DNA of 64,000 nt from Candidatus Woesearchaeota archaeon (GTDB lineage: Archaea; Nanobdellota; Nanobdellia; Pacearchaeales; GW2011-AR1), in assembly GCA_964412025.1 (NCBI GenBank), contig CAYPLY010000001.1, forward strand, positions 4,797 through 68,796, read 5' to 3'. Position numbers and translations under genes: made by a program. The notes under the pieces were generated by a model, which had not been told where the DNA came from, did no database searches, and saw nothing but the letters and a program-made list of their open reading frames with translations. Positions within the stretch are counted from its first letter, which is position 1. Each line of letters opens with the position of its first letter. Below, in pieces: positions 12,601-21,008 of this stretch.

Positions 12601-15600
12601 GCGAGTGGTCAGGCAATTTATATTTACAATTCTTCATATATGAATTTAACTGAAAACAAAGCAACAAGTACTTCCTCAAGCGGTATTTACATAGAAGAAT
12701 CTTCAGATAATAACACTTTAACATCAAATAACGGAACTAGTTATGCTGCTGATAATTTTGGAATTGTATTGGGAACTTCCAGCAACAACATCCTTACAAA
12801 CAATACTGGTATGAATGTAAATAATGGAATTGGAATCTATATTGCAGTTTCTTCAAATAACAATACTTTGATTAATAATACGGCAATTTCAAATACAGGA
12901 CAGGGGGTTTATATTTATTCTAATTACAATAACACTCTTATTAATCAAAAAGCATACGGTGGTCTGGGGGTCTTTATAATAAATGCAAATTCTACAACTT
13001 TCAGAGATTGTGTTGAGATATCCGGGACAACTTTTGATGTAAATTTATTTTCAACTCCTTTAAGCAAGAACAACACTTTCATAAACTGTTCTTATGATAC
13101 GGAAACTGTTGGAGGGACAGATAACGAGCTAATAAGAAAATGGTATTATCAAGCATATGTTAATGATACTTCAGGAAGTTCAGTTTCAGATGCAAATGTA
13201 ACTTCATACAATGCAACAGGAGTTCTTCAATCTACAGCTCAAACTAATTCTTCTGGTTGGATTTCAAGACAGGAAGTTACAGAATATGTAAATACAGGAG
13301 GAACAAGAAGTTTCTATAATAATTATTCCATATTTGCGAATAAATCAGGATATATTAATGATAGTAATGAGTTTAATTTTACAATAACGCAGAATAAGGT
13401 TAATGACTGGTTTACTTTGGAGGGAGGAGGTCCAGCAGACTGTACAACAATTGGTAACTCAGGAATATTAGATACTGATAATGCATTTTATACCTTGACA
13501 GAGAATATCTCATCGCAGGGAACATGTCTTGATGTTGTAGCTGATAATGTTACAATTGATTGTAATGGATATTGGATAAATTATTCAATAAATGGACAAA
13601 GCGGGGATCATGGTATCTACACTAATCAGTTTAATACTACTATAAGGAACTGTAATATTGTTGATGGGAATTGGACAACTTCAAATACAGGAAGGTCTGG
13701 AATATATTTTAGTGGAGTTATAAACGGAACTATACAAAACAATTCTATTAATATAAGCAACACTCTAGGTATTCTTTTAAATTATAAGTCTTCAAATAAT
13801 ATCTTAATCAACAATAATGTTTACAGTTTTTCTGGAACTGCAATAAGCATTTACAATTCTACTAATAATTTATTGGAAAATAATACCGGGATAAGTAATT
13901 CAAGCTACGGAATCTCTTTACAATATTATGATGAGGGCAATATCTTAATAAATAATACTGGGATAAGTAATACAAGTAATGGAATTTATGTTTATTACTC
14001 GCATACAAATAATCTAACTAATAATAATGCAACAAGCACTTCTAATCATGGGATGCTTCTTGATCATTCAGACAATAATACCTTAACTAATAATAATGGA
14101 ACCAGTTTAGAAGATAGCAATGGAATTTATATATATCCTTATTCAGAGAATAATACCTTAATAGGTAATATTGGAACTTCTTTAGAAGGAGGAGTTGGAA
14201 TATCTCTTTGGTCTTCAGCAAATAATACTTTAATAAATAATACTGGTTTAAGTAATAGTAGCCGTGGAATCTTGCTTGCGTATTCAAATAATGTTACTCT
14301 AACAAATAATACTGGAAGAAGTAATTTTGCCCGTGGAATAGATATTCAATCCTCAAATGAGAGTGCTTTAATAGATAACGAAGGAATAAGTTTAGCAGGA
14401 AGTTACGGAATTATTGTTTATACGTCAAAGGACAATACTTTAATAGATAATATAGGAACAAGTAATACAAGCAACGGAATCTCTATACAATATTCTTCAA
14501 ATATCAATTTAATAAATAATACGGGTATAAACAACTATCAAAGCCAAGGATTCCTTATATATTACTCTAATAATAATACTCTTATAAATAATACTGGAAG
14601 AAATCTTGATTATGGTAATAGAGGACTTTATATTAGTAATTGTTTAAATAACACTGTAATAAATCAAATAGGAACAGGAACCAGAGGTATTGCAATATCT
14701 GGTTCAAATCATACTTTGATTCGAGATTGTATTAATGTTACTGGAAGAACCAACGATGTTTATATTAGTGATGCAAGTACTAATGTAACTTTCATAAATT
14801 GTTCTTATAATTACACTCCGGAATATGTTGGGGCTGGTAGCGAACTAATCAGAAAATGGTATTATCAAGCTTATGTAAATGACAGTTCTGGGGCTGCAGT
14901 TGAAGACGCGAATGTAACTGCATATAATATAACAGCGCAAATTCAATTCACAGAACAGACTAATGGAAGCGGGTGGATCGGAAGGCAGGAAGTTATTGAG
15001 TATATTAATACAGCTGGAACAAGGAGTTATTACAATAATTACACTATAAATGCAACAAATACCACTTTTACAGAAGATCACATATTCAACTTTACAATAA
15101 CACAGAATAAGGTTGACGACGTGTTTACATTGGACGATTCAGGTACAGCAGATTGTAATACAATTGGAAACTCCGGAAAATTGGATGTCGAGGGGCAAAC
15201 ATATACTTTAACAGAAAATATTTCCTCTCAGGGAACATGTTTAACCGTCTCTGCTGAAAATGTTACAATCGATTGTAATGGGTATTGGATAAATCATTCT
15301 ATAAATGGAACAGATGCAATGTATGGGATATATTCAAACCAATTTAATACAACAATAAAGAATTGTAATATTATTGATGGGAATTGGTCAATAGGTACTC
15401 AAAGCAGAAGAGGGATTTATTTGGTTTCGAGTCATAATTCTACTCTATTTAGAAATTTCATAAACGAAAGTAATTCTCAGGGGGTTTATACTAGCGGTTC
15501 GAATTATATGAATATTACCAACAATACGATTTCTTCTTCTTCTAGCCAGGCAATAAGGTTGTCTTCTTCTCATTATAATATTTTGGTTGGAAATAATATT

Positions 15601-17565
15601 AGGGCTTACTCCTTATATGGTACTGCTTTAACAAGCGGTTCAAGTAATAACACATTTATTAATCACACCTCTAAAAGTAATACTGATTCTATACGCTTTG
15701 AATCAAGCGCCAATGGTAATTTATTCATAAATACAAACTCTTCGGGTAAATATGCATTTCATTTTGAAGATAGTAGTTACAATAACATCACAGATTGTAT
15801 TTATGCGAGCGGGACTCTCGAGGATGTGTATGCCGAGTTTGAGACAATAGGTTCTGCTGGAAATATTTTCTTAAATTGTTCTTATGACACTGAAAATACT
15901 ACAGGCGAGGTAAATCAGATTATAAGAAAATGGTACTATCAAGCTTATGTAAATGATACCTCGGGAAGTGCGGTTGAAAGTGCAAATATCACGGCTTATA
16001 ACACAACCGGAGATTTGCAGTTTACAGCTTTAACAAATTCAACAGGGCATATTTCAAGACAGGAAGTTATTGAATATGTGAATGCTTCTGGGACGGTAAG
16101 TTACTACAATAATTACACAATTTTTGCAAATAAGACAGGTTATGTTGGAGATATAAATGTCTTCAACTTTACAATAACTCAGAATAAGGTTGATGACTGG
16201 TTTACATTAGATGAAAATACTCCTCCACAGATAATCTCGGTTTATAATTCAACTGAAATGACAGATATTTCATCTGGACCTAATGAAGGACCTGTTGTAA
16301 CGTATGTTTTATTGAACTTTACAGCATATGATGAACAGGGATTTGATAATTTGGATGATAGCTCGGTACAGGTAAATTTCTCACTAGCGGGTGAAAGTTC
16401 AAGGGTTAATTCAAGCTGTGCATTGTTGGGAGACTATGATACAAACTATGCAAATTATACTTGTAATGTAACAATGTGGTGGTGGGATGCTCCTGGAACA
16501 TGGTCTATAAATGCTTCTATAGAAGATGTTGATGGAAACTCTGGATTTAATGATTCAACAACTTTTGCAGTTGGTTCAACAACTGGTTTTTTAGCTAATT
16601 CTACAAATGTTAACTGGCCAGATATTCCTCCGGGTGCAACTAATATAGAGGCATTATCTCCTATGTTGTTAAACAATACGGGAAATGAAGAAATAAATGT
16701 TGAAGTTAATGCAACTAATCTTACTGGAGAAAGCTATTCAAATTATGCTTTGGGAGCAAGTAACTTTAGTGTTCATACTTCTCCTGGTTGCGGAGGAACT
16801 CAAATGTTCTGGTATCAGTACACAACTGTTGTTGGAGCTGTAATTCCTAAGGGAAATTATAGTTTAAATGATGGAACTGCTCAGGAAACAATTTATTTCT
16901 GTTTAGAAGAATCAAATGCCAATTTAATCTCGCAGGCATATTCAACAACACAACAGGGTAGTTGGACAATAAGAATATTCCTTGTTGCAGTTACATTTGG
17001 AAGGAGAAGAAAGAAGAAAGGAAAAACAGGGACAATTGAAAAAGATAAACTTCTGAAAGCAATAAATCTTGTTTCAGAAGAGATGAAGGAAGAATATTCT
17101 CCTGAAAAAGAACAGGTAATTAATATCTTGGTTAAGGAAGTCAAGAAAAAATACAGAGTGAACAACAAGGAAATATCTGAATTTATAATCTCAAAGAAGG
17201 AAATAGAAGTATCTATAGATGTATTCAGTAAAAATCTTGGAGCATTAGAAGCTCTTGTCAAATATATGAAAGAAAACTTGAATATGAATTATGTTGAAAT
17301 CGCGAGAAGACTTGGAAGGGATGAAAGGACAATATGGACAGCTTATAAGAAAGCAAGTGATAAACATAAAGAACCTCTTAAGATAAAAGAGAGTGGATTT
17401 ACCATTCCAATTGAGAGATTAGGAAATGAGAAACTAACAGTGTTAGAAGCTATTATAATATATTTAAAAGAAAAAGGAAAGAAATATTCTGAAATTGGTA
17501 AATTGTTAAATAGAGATCAGAGAAATATCTGGACAATATATTCGAAAGCGATTAACAAGAGATAA
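3628..17565 (+). CDS. Giant (4645 aa) cell-surface glycoprotein/adhesin with C-terminal tandem HTH
   Basis: N-terminal TM (aa ~92-112), S/E/T-rich repeats, DNRLRE-like domain (KDAHIDSSTPNRNFG...LLEFDLS), Gly-rich domain, 5 x ~49-aa propeller-like repeats, 4 parallel beta-helix (NosD/CASH-like) modules, very many NxS/T sequons, a domain shared with the next gene, then FLVAVTFGRRRKKK and two HTH repeats. Confidence 0.85.
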   Translation: MGRTRLAKALVSSLQRNKEASQSRKNELVDYLKRLNQAHANKQISGAKYVETLTKKTNGRNIKEWVDYYENYSKNCEKAIERQKAKVIRNRVLALFFGVLFLGGFIFAALSLDYSSIGLTGFFVGEGFQEQEYSQIIGLITNESTNYELNLENPGQLSSVKINGEIKGEGEIKVYLNDLLILDSSKIKSKSSSPKYNSPLTGMIIEETETITTDSQTTTSEDSYSETETPSKEDSSPSQEESLTETTNSQTISSEVSYSEEKIESEVPLQEESSPSQEEPQASESLDKTLDDTPQTENESISYSETETPSKEESSPSQEESLTETNQSYPQRNQTEDIETNEREVQTNVTYEQESNETQSNISYSETETPLKEESSPSQGESLTENIFNEFCEDTCNLEKLNLTNSSYTLRVEIEGNVTLRLGSIDYSIILEEVPLISENITVNTVQYDAVLGKPVKWKKQIELPEKGNVKVELPKGSEKIVVSKIIDRESYSEKEASQKEESSPSQGKLLTENRKVKEKSNSIEVLIEDNSDLYEIEYETPAPYSSEEETEKGKKVIIAGSEEVHYENVLAFTNLSESLDIRSPSELKIYWIEEEVYLPAERVEDKDNNGFYDYVEWIVPHLSNQTFLITIQSGTEGKDAHIDSSTPNRNFGASTSMIISNTERMLLEFDLSDVTETANIVNANLTLYLSSAGTGTNPISVYRINNSWIEGTGDSQNTYDGVTWTNRSGTESWDIPGGDFDSRVWAIRNLTTAGTYYTLDITQLVQNWVNGTYENYGIILYGENGHGQWHFPSSDNINATIRPQLNITYNESQVPVINSVSIPSTIREGENLSLTANITDNLEVEGAIIEIDNLNYSLGQNPQTISNVAIIRPAAKGTIETNRVVNYLNSYDNNNDTSSGINAVNPLLTIKTSGVSVAGIINSVKVKVIHSKLSYDTIGYLHWASSNGGEEQGLTHEFNSTSETPEITEFDVTSERDWSFADFNLLTEIHLNNSDSTLKIYEVWFEVNYTTPASNDLWNGTIDTSRLSAGNYTYTIFANDSSDNLANYQNNFTILPQLVLVNVSMNDAQGNFQEAEVIIYNTESQEVEMNSTMTESELISVEEGEKNILINPVGTPVFQIEYENTLIENYTEGIIDIDQPSEVENFTKVYALNPHLNTNATVTAFATGNELYKCKDWNFTNQSCYGEWIKVMDITPGEEYNFTLSPEDPAFAEVIVIIFAHHLNSTRDFISDIYQEVVLLDDIWSEEIPDGDYVRVTFESNLTSDRDITIYPRIVSGTPRIEIYEVNESTLIAEFNPIINNSYNKRFLTSLIGEQDTFDLRIIGGSVEFDYIVDPPDYLSCVSGTCIAVFNITTGANTWQVPTEVTEIMIEAWGGGGAGGGSISNGYGGGGGAGGQYAKRNLTVTPSTTFNIFIASSITGGTGDGSQGYNTSFFNSTGNYVVAMGGEGGKGGINKAAGAGGLGSISGGVGTTIYGGGNGYTGSSSGGGGGGGSGTTGWGGNSTSATGGTGTSIGGGDGGAGNTDASGDAGLNYGGAGGGGERAGGTNGVGGTGAQGMLKITYAEPVDLTSPQYNSVSVNNTLAGQITNFAINVTDNIALHPNGQYIFSTNNTGVWINDSFWQKDLTINASLPDIGTNSKPSVFYKDSSWYLISGIQSGEFFGFAYNGTNWLPNSTINASLPDIGSNTNPYVFYKDSSWYLISGEAGGNFYGFAWDGTQWLPNSTINASLPGIGISSVPSVFYKDSSWYLISGERDGNFYGFAWDGTQWLPNSTINTSLPNLGETSFISPYVFYKDSSWYLISGENTGNFYGFAWDGTQWLPNSIINASLSKTISKSSPSVFYKDSSWYLISGDTNGIFFGYKYSDATNFTSTPSWANVTKTLNSTSGMVVGYRWYFKDSYSTPNYNSTPVYTLTTTPYYGILNVSIILPENYSGYFTGNTNLTINASVTCVGGAYCGTVSATARYNLSSASPDTNINISEGGSPFYNLGSGGEDIYVYNFSGITNPSSTHKATNGSCSSFVSFQPNNQYEFYNEGYSNLVFIDGFVTKTSLPSGFGSNKPYEKFDFKILESKDSINEINLSIYGRSYSSSDYQFTVFVYNYSGGIMGDPWKQVSSINLEGFQYHNLTFNKTTSPNIDEIIGSDGIIQILVKGYSDIVSTSIEVDFIEIKVNGSRGASNPQTSSVILNEGESFYPNWTINVTSTTPNQEYLLDVLFNSSYGNSNVLDNNTEDRRIILNPGAGSSECGSLDIENKSCTLTGNISSLENGFNITAQNITLDCGGNYIIGSNVPNSKGILINSSNVTITNCKFSNFPIDIYTLNGNNITLYNITGGSEYGLIVNGTTNSNFTNISFNNVTIAGILVTNNSHNNTFTDININSSAHGIYVEGGQSNTFDCANGLINYSQGGGGWYFGITSNQFNTTIKNCNIFNSNRTTTYSYSMGIQLTGSSNSSLYNNYVDSGSSAGIYVTNSHFNLLVNNFGSSVNNQGLRLESSYNNLLINNTGSSSSNGGIGITGSTSHSNTLINCTARGGNTGGMYFTTSSHDNEIINLNASGSRAVRITGSSNNTIRDCLSISGTSADVYISNDAGGINSSFVNCSYDLSKEIFEDAVNELTRKWYYMAYVNDSSGNPVENANITAYNSTGDLQFTALTNSTGHISRQEVIEYFNDAGTRSYYNNYTINANKSGYINDSNEFNFTITQNKVDDWFTLTEEAAGPADCNTIGNSGILDTDNGVYTLTENISSQGTCLTVAAANVTIDCNGYWITFSTDGATGTRGIYSNQFNTTIKDCNIIDGNWTTPDSWRAGVFFTIGADYGLIQNVSTNVSNCHGIDINGGSGIRVYNSTGRTKDYHGIIIWTDASNITLLNSTGISNTSVGIGIYGNNNSIYNSTGQSTYNSYGIYLPSVSNNLISGCNASSDSNHGIFAQNSTNNTLINNNITSNSGGGIVIYSYSTNNTLINNNVSTNSGSAIYILALSNNNTLLRNNATTNSASGQAIYIYNSSYMNLTENKATSTSSSGIYIEESSDNNTLTSNNGTSYAADNFGIVLGTSSNNILTNNTGMNVNNGIGIYIAVSSNNNTLINNTAISNTGQGVYIYSNYNNTLINQKAYGGLGVFIINANSTTFRDCVEISGTTFDVNLFSTPLSKNNTFINCSYDTETVGGTDNELIRKWYYQAYVNDTSGSSVSDANVTSYNATGVLQSTAQTNSSGWISRQEVTEYVNTGGTRSFYNNYSIFANKSGYINDSNEFNFTITQNKVNDWFTLEGGGPADCTTIGNSGILDTDNAFYTLTENISSQGTCLDVVADNVTIDCNGYWINYSINGQSGDHGIYTNQFNTTIRNCNIVDGNWTTSNTGRSGIYFSGVINGTIQNNSINISNTLGILLNYKSSNNILINNNVYSFSGTAISIYNSTNNLLENNTGISNSSYGISLQYYDEGNILINNTGISNTSNGIYVYYSHTNNLTNNNATSTSNHGMLLDHSDNNTLTNNNGTSLEDSNGIYIYPYSENNTLIGNIGTSLEGGVGISLWSSANNTLINNTGLSNSSRGILLAYSNNVTLTNNTGRSNFARGIDIQSSNESALIDNEGISLAGSYGIIVYTSKDNTLIDNIGTSNTSNGISIQYSSNINLINNTGINNYQSQGFLIYYSNNNTLINNTGRNLDYGNRGLYISNCLNNTVINQIGTGTRGIAISGSNHTLIRDCINVTGRTNDVYISDASTNVTFINCSYNYTPEYVGAGSELIRKWYYQAYVNDSSGAAVEDANVTAYNITAQIQFTEQTNGSGWIGRQEVIEYINTAGTRSYYNNYTINATNTTFTEDHIFNFTITQNKVDDVFTLDDSGTADCNTIGNSGKLDVEGQTYTLTENISSQGTCLTVSAENVTIDCNGYWINHSINGTDAMYGIYSNQFNTTIKNCNIIDGNWSIGTQSRRGIYLVSSHNSTLFRNFINESNSQGVYTSGSNYMNITNNTISSSSSQAIRLSSSHYNILVGNNIRAYSLYGTALTSGSSNNTFINHTSKSNTDSIRFESSANGNLFINTNSSGKYAFHFEDSSYNNITDCIYASGTLEDVYAEFETIGSAGNIFLNCSYDTENTTGEVNQIIRKWYYQAYVNDTSGSAVESANITAYNTTGDLQFTALTNSTGHISRQEVIEYVNASGTVSYYNNYTIFANKTGYVGDINVFNFTITQNKVDDWFTLDENTPPQIISVYNSTEMTDISSGPNEGPVVTYVLLNFTAYDEQGFDNLDDSSVQVNFSLAGESSRVNSSCALLGDYDTNYANYTCNVTMWWWDAPGTWSINASIEDVDGNSGFNDSTTFAVGSTTGFLANSTNVNWPDIPPGATNIEALSPMLLNNTGNEEINVEVNATNLTGESYSNYALGASNFSVHTSPGCGGTQMFWYQYTTVVGAVIPKGNYSLNDGTAQETIYFCLEESNANLISQAYSTTQQGSWTIRIFLVAVTFGRRRKKKGKTGTIEKDKLLKAINLVSEEMKEEYSPEKEQVINILVKEVKKKYRVNNKEISEFIISKKEIEVSIDVFSKNLGALEALVKYMKENLNMNYVEIARRLGRDERTIWTAYKKASDKHKEPLKIKESGFTIPIERLGNEKLTVLEAIIIYLKEKGKKYSEIGKLLNRDQRNIWTIYSKAINKR
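4294..5166 (+). repeat. Five in-frame hairpin repeats (69 nt; one 84 nt) with covarying stems
   Basis: Copies at 4294-4362, 4396-4479, 4531-4599, 4714-4782, 5098-5166; consensus TCATATTCAGAA-[stem]-AAGAAGA(G/T)TCGAGTCCTTCCCA-[stem']-CTGAA; encodes SYSE...EESSPSQ...(T/S)E. Confidence 0.9.
8485..9220 (+). repeat. Five tandem ~147-nt coding repeats (beta-propeller-blade-like)
   Basis: VFYKDSSWYLISG recurs at about 8555, 8701, 8848, 9001 and 9148 with near-identical DNA. Confidence 0.9.
10360..16210 (+). repeat. Four beta-helix + linker modules in the giant protein
   Basis: Each module ends in RKWYYxAYVNDxSG...NFTITQNKVxDxFTL (near 11470, 13130, 14850, 15920); internal NNTLINNTG-type beta-helix rungs. 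Confidence 0.85.
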
Positions 17566-17615
17566 TAATATTTATAAAGCTAAATAATTTAAATAATTGA
17601 TAGGTTAGTAAAAAG

Positions 17616-18539
17616 ATGAAAAGAGGAATTTATGTTTTTGTTCTGTTTTTTGCAATTTTATTAACTTTGTCCATGGTTTCTGCTGGAGGCTTTGATGAAT
17701 TTTGGGATAAGATTACTGGAAGAGCTACTACTCAGGATGTTAGTTTAAGCGTAACAGTAACTGGTGGAAGTGTACCTGTTGTAGTCGCAGTGTATAACGA
17801 GACCGCAACAAGTATGCAAAGTGGTCCAAATGAGGGTCCTGCTCCAACTCATGTTATTGCCGTTTTTAGAGTAAATGATCCTGATGGAATAGGAAATTTA
17901 GATAATTCATCTGCAGTTATGAATTTTTCTTTGGCAGGTGAAACTACAAGGCAGGCAACGTGCACTTTTGTTGCTGGGCAAAGTACTTCAACCCAAGCAA
18001 ATTATACTTGCAACGTTACAATGTGGTGGTATGATGCACCCGGACAATGGACTATTAATACCTATATAGAAGATTTAAGTGGAAATTCTGGATATAATAG
18101 CACTTCAAAAAATGTTTATGTTGGAACAACTGATGGACTTTTGGCAAATCAGACTTCTTTGACTTGGCCTTCTATAAATCCGGGGGCAGCAAATACAGAA
18201 GCGAATGAATTTATGGGATTAAACAATACTGGAAATAGACCTAGATCATTATATGTTAATCCTTCAGATCTTCTTGGAGATGTTAATGAGAATTATGCTT
18301 TGGGTGCAAATAATTTTAGCGTTAAGAATGCAACAGGATGTGAAGGTACTCTTATGGTGAATAGAACCGATACAAATATAACCTCTGTTGCTGTATTTAA
18401 TAGAGGTAATTATACTTTGAATGATGGAACTGCACAGGCAAATCTATATTATTGTCTTGAGACTTCAAACTCAAACTTAATTGCACAGTCATATTCAACC
18501 GGTGCTCTTGGAGCATGGATAATAAAGACAGGAAATTAA
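17616..18539 (+). CDS. Secreted protein, paralog of the C-terminal extracellular domain of the giant protein
   Basis: Signal peptide; shares GPNEGP, YTCNVTMWWxDAPGxW, LNNTGN, YALGAxNFSV, GNYxLNDGTAQ and YST...GxW motifs with the giant-protein segment encoded at ~16215-16975. Confidence 0.85.
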   Translation: MKRGIYVFVLFFAILLTLSMVSAGGFDEFWDKITGRATTQDVSLSVTVTGGSVPVVVAVYNETATSMQSGPNEGPAPTHVIAVFRVNDPDGIGNLDNSSAVMNFSLAGETTRQATCTFVAGQSTSTQANYTCNVTMWWYDAPGQWTINTYIEDLSGNSGYNSTSKNVYVGTTDGLLANQTSLTWPSINPGAANTEANEFMGLNNTGNRPRSLYVNPSDLLGDVNENYALGANNFSVKNATGCEGTLMVNRTDTNITSVAVFNRGNYTLNDGTAQANLYYCLETSNSNLIAQSYSTGALGAWIIKTGN

Positions 18540-18540
18540 A

Positions 18541-19071
18541 ATGAAAACAATTAAAAAAGTATATCTTAGTATGATAGTTCTCCTAGCAGGAGTTCTTGTC
18601 ATGGGGAATGTTTTAGCTTTTGCAGTTTCTTCAATGTATTGGGAAGAGAATCCGTTATCTATTAATCCAGGAGAGACTCAACAGGCATACATTGTTCTGC
18701 AGAATATGGCAGGAACAGAGAGTGTTAGTGCTAGAGTGGGTATTTTAGAGGGATCTGAGATAGCAACCTTAGATGAACCTGGAAAGATTTACGAGGTTCC
18801 TGTTGGACAGAGGGTCGAGGTTTATTTTACTGTTAATGTTCCAGAAGAAAGTGAGATTGGAGGAGTACAGAACGTTGTTTTTGATGTTTCTACGATTGCT
18901 AGTCAAGAAGAAGGGCCGATGACTTTTGGTTCTGGTGCTCAGAAATTAGTTCCAGTTTTGGTCTCTGCTGAGCCGAGAGAAAAAATCTCTCCTTGGTTAT
19001 ATTATGTTATTGCAGGGATAGTATTGTTTGGGATAGTGGCTTTGGTGGTTCTTAAAAGTAAGAGAAAATAA
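18541..19071 (+). CDS. Secreted Ig-like protein with C-terminal membrane anchor
   Basis: Signal peptide, LSINPGETQQAYIVLQN beta-sandwich pattern, C-terminal TM followed by KSKRK. Confidence 0.75.
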   Translation: MKTIKKVYLSMIVLLAGVLVMGNVLAFAVSSMYWEENPLSINPGETQQAYIVLQNMAGTESVSARVGILEGSEIATLDEPGKIYEVPVGQRVEVYFTVNVPEESEIGGVQNVVFDVSTIASQEEGPMTFGSGAQKLVPVLVSAEPREKISPWLYYVIAGIVLFGIVALVVLKSKRK

Positions 19072-19111
19072 ATAGAATAACTTTTTAATACTGCTTTGCT
19101 TTATCTAATTG

Positions 19112-20815
19112 ATGAAAAAGGGATTGATGTTTTGGGGTATTTTTTTATCTCTATTTATATTATTTATAGGATTTGTATTGGCTGATGCAGATATAACCGG
19201 ACAAACCATAACGGGGGAAGCTGTTACAGGAAAGGCATTGCAATCTTCTTTGGCATTAAATATCACTGTTACCCTCCCTATTCCAGTTATAACCATATTA
19301 AGTCCTAAAAATGGAACTTATTTAACTAATGAATCAATTTTAATAAATTATTCTTCGGTTAATGCAGATAATGTTTGGTATAGTTTGGATTCGGGAAGCA
19401 ATATAACTTTGAATTCTCCCGTTTATATTAATGTTTCTCAAGGCCAACACACATTGTATATTTATGGAAACAATAGTTATGATTCTGTAACAGAAATGGT
19501 TTCTTTTGTTTCAAATTCAAGTTTATTCATAATTTTATATAGTGAGTATAATGGTTCCACAAGAGGAAATTCTACAGGTTTTATCAAATATACCTATGAG
19601 GATTTACAAGGTTTAAGTAGTATTGTCTTGGAGAACACACTCTATGGAAAAATAAGGTTTAATCAGGCAATAAATATAACTAATGATAGGATTAATTCAG
19701 ATAATTTATTGGATTTAGATTCCAATTCACAGGTTTCTTCAAATAGAATAGAGTTAAATGTTACAGAACTTCCTAATTTTAACACTTCTGCAACTTTATG
19801 GTTATATGGATTGTCTTTTACAAACCCCAGGATATTAAGAGAGGGGGTAATTTGTCCTACAGATGAATGTATTAAGGAGAGTTATTCTGGAGGGATATTA
19901 AGGTTTTATGTAAATCATCTTGGTATTTATTCTGCTGAAGAGACTCCTTATACTCCTCCTTCAACTGGGGGGGGAGGAGGTGGTGGAGGTTCTTCTTCTA
20001 CAGAAGTGTATGATGATACTCCTATTATCGATATAGTTGAGGATAACATTACTTTAATTTCTGATGAAATAAAAGTATCTTTAAATCCAGGGGAAACTAT
20101 TTTCCAGGATTTTTATTTGATGAATGCTTATGATGGAATTGTTGAGGCAGATATAAGTTTTGTAGGTATTGAAAATTTTGTTAGCGTAAGTGAAACAAAT
20201 ATTATTCTTCCTTACCAGGAGATAAAAGCATTAAAACTTAATTTTTCAATTCCAAAAGATACACCTCCAGATAATTATGTTGGGAAGATATTGGTAAAAT
20301 CAAATGGAGTTATTTATGAATCTGTCATTTCTATAGATGTTCAATCTGTTGAGTCTCTCTTTGATGTTCGTTTAGAGATGGACGAGGAGAAACTTCCTGC
20401 AACTCCTGGAAGTTATATTTGGTTTAAGACCTTAATTTATAATTTGGGTGGTGATGAGGACGTTGAGGCATATTTAGAATATTCTATTAAGGATAGTTCG
20501 GGAGGGGTAATCTTTGAGGGAGAGGATCTTGTGTTGGTAGGAGATTATCTTGAAAAGGAGGGAAAAATTAAGCTTCCAAGGGATATTTCAGATGGAAAAT
20601 ACGTTCTCTCAACAAAGATAGGTTATGAAGGAAAGACTGCTGTTACAAGCGTTAGCTTTGATATTCAAAGAAGAAAATTACCCAAAATATGGAAGATTTT
20701 AATCCCTATACTTGTAATATTTTTATTATTGTTTATATTATGGTTTATTGGTAAGAAGGATGAGAAAAAGAGAAAAAGAGAACAAGAGAAAAAGCACGAG
20801 TCTTTGAATTATTAA
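19112..20815 (+). CDS. Membrane-anchored multi-Ig-like surface protein
   Basis: Signal peptide, ITG repeats, poly-Gly linker, C-terminal TM with a charged tail. Confidence 0.8.
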   Translation: MKKGLMFWGIFLSLFILFIGFVLADADITGQTITGEAVTGKALQSSLALNITVTLPIPVITILSPKNGTYLTNESILINYSSVNADNVWYSLDSGSNITLNSPVYINVSQGQHTLYIYGNNSYDSVTEMVSFVSNSSLFIILYSEYNGSTRGNSTGFIKYTYEDLQGLSSIVLENTLYGKIRFNQAINITNDRINSDNLLDLDSNSQVSSNRIELNVTELPNFNTSATLWLYGLSFTNPRILREGVICPTDECIKESYSGGILRFYVNHLGIYSAEETPYTPPSTGGGGGGGGSSSTEVYDDTPIIDIVEDNITLISDEIKVSLNPGETIFQDFYLMNAYDGIVEADISFVGIENFVSVSETNIILPYQEIKALKLNFSIPKDTPPDNYVGKILVKSNGVIYESVISIDVQSVESLFDVRLEMDEEKLPATPGSYIWFKTLIYNLGGDEDVEAYLEYSIKDSSGGVIFEGEDLVLVGDYLEKEGKIKLPRDISDGKYVLSTKIGYEGKTAVTSVSFDIQRRKLPKIWKILIPILVIFLLLFILWFIGKKDEKKRKREQEKKHESLNY

Positions 20816-20834
20816 TAATTCTTTGGAAATTAAA

Positions 20835-20906
20835 AGCACGGGGTGGGAGTCGAACCCACGAAAATTCGCTCTGCAGGCGAACGCAGTACCGTTGTGCCAC
20901 CCGTGC
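20835..20906 (-). tRNA. tRNA-Cys(GCA)
   Basis: GCACGGG/CCCGTGC acceptor, TTCGC-CTGCAGA-GCGAA anticodon arm, GTGGG-TTCGACT-CCCAC T arm, U73. Confidence 0.95.
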
Positions 20907-20909
20907 GTA

Positions 20910-20999
20910 TGCCCCGGACAGGATTTGAACCTGCGACCCCTAACTTTCTTCTCTATTTATTAGAAGGCTAGTGCTCTATCCAGGCTGAGCTACCAGGGC
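20910..20999 (-). tRNA. tRNA-Arg(TCT) with 15-nt intron at 37/38 (20946-20960)
   Basis: GCCCTGG/CCGGGGC acceptor, CTAGC-CTTCTA[ATAAATAGAGAAGAA]A-GTTAG, CTTC/GAAG BHB helix, GCAGG-TTCAAAT-CCTGT T arm. Confidence 0.93.
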
Positions 21000-21008
21000 T
21001 TGTTGTTT

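Noticed and set aside
8485..16210. Diversity-generating retroelement TR/VR pair
   Set aside because: No reverse transcriptase in the window, all repeats are coding, and differences are not adenine-specific.
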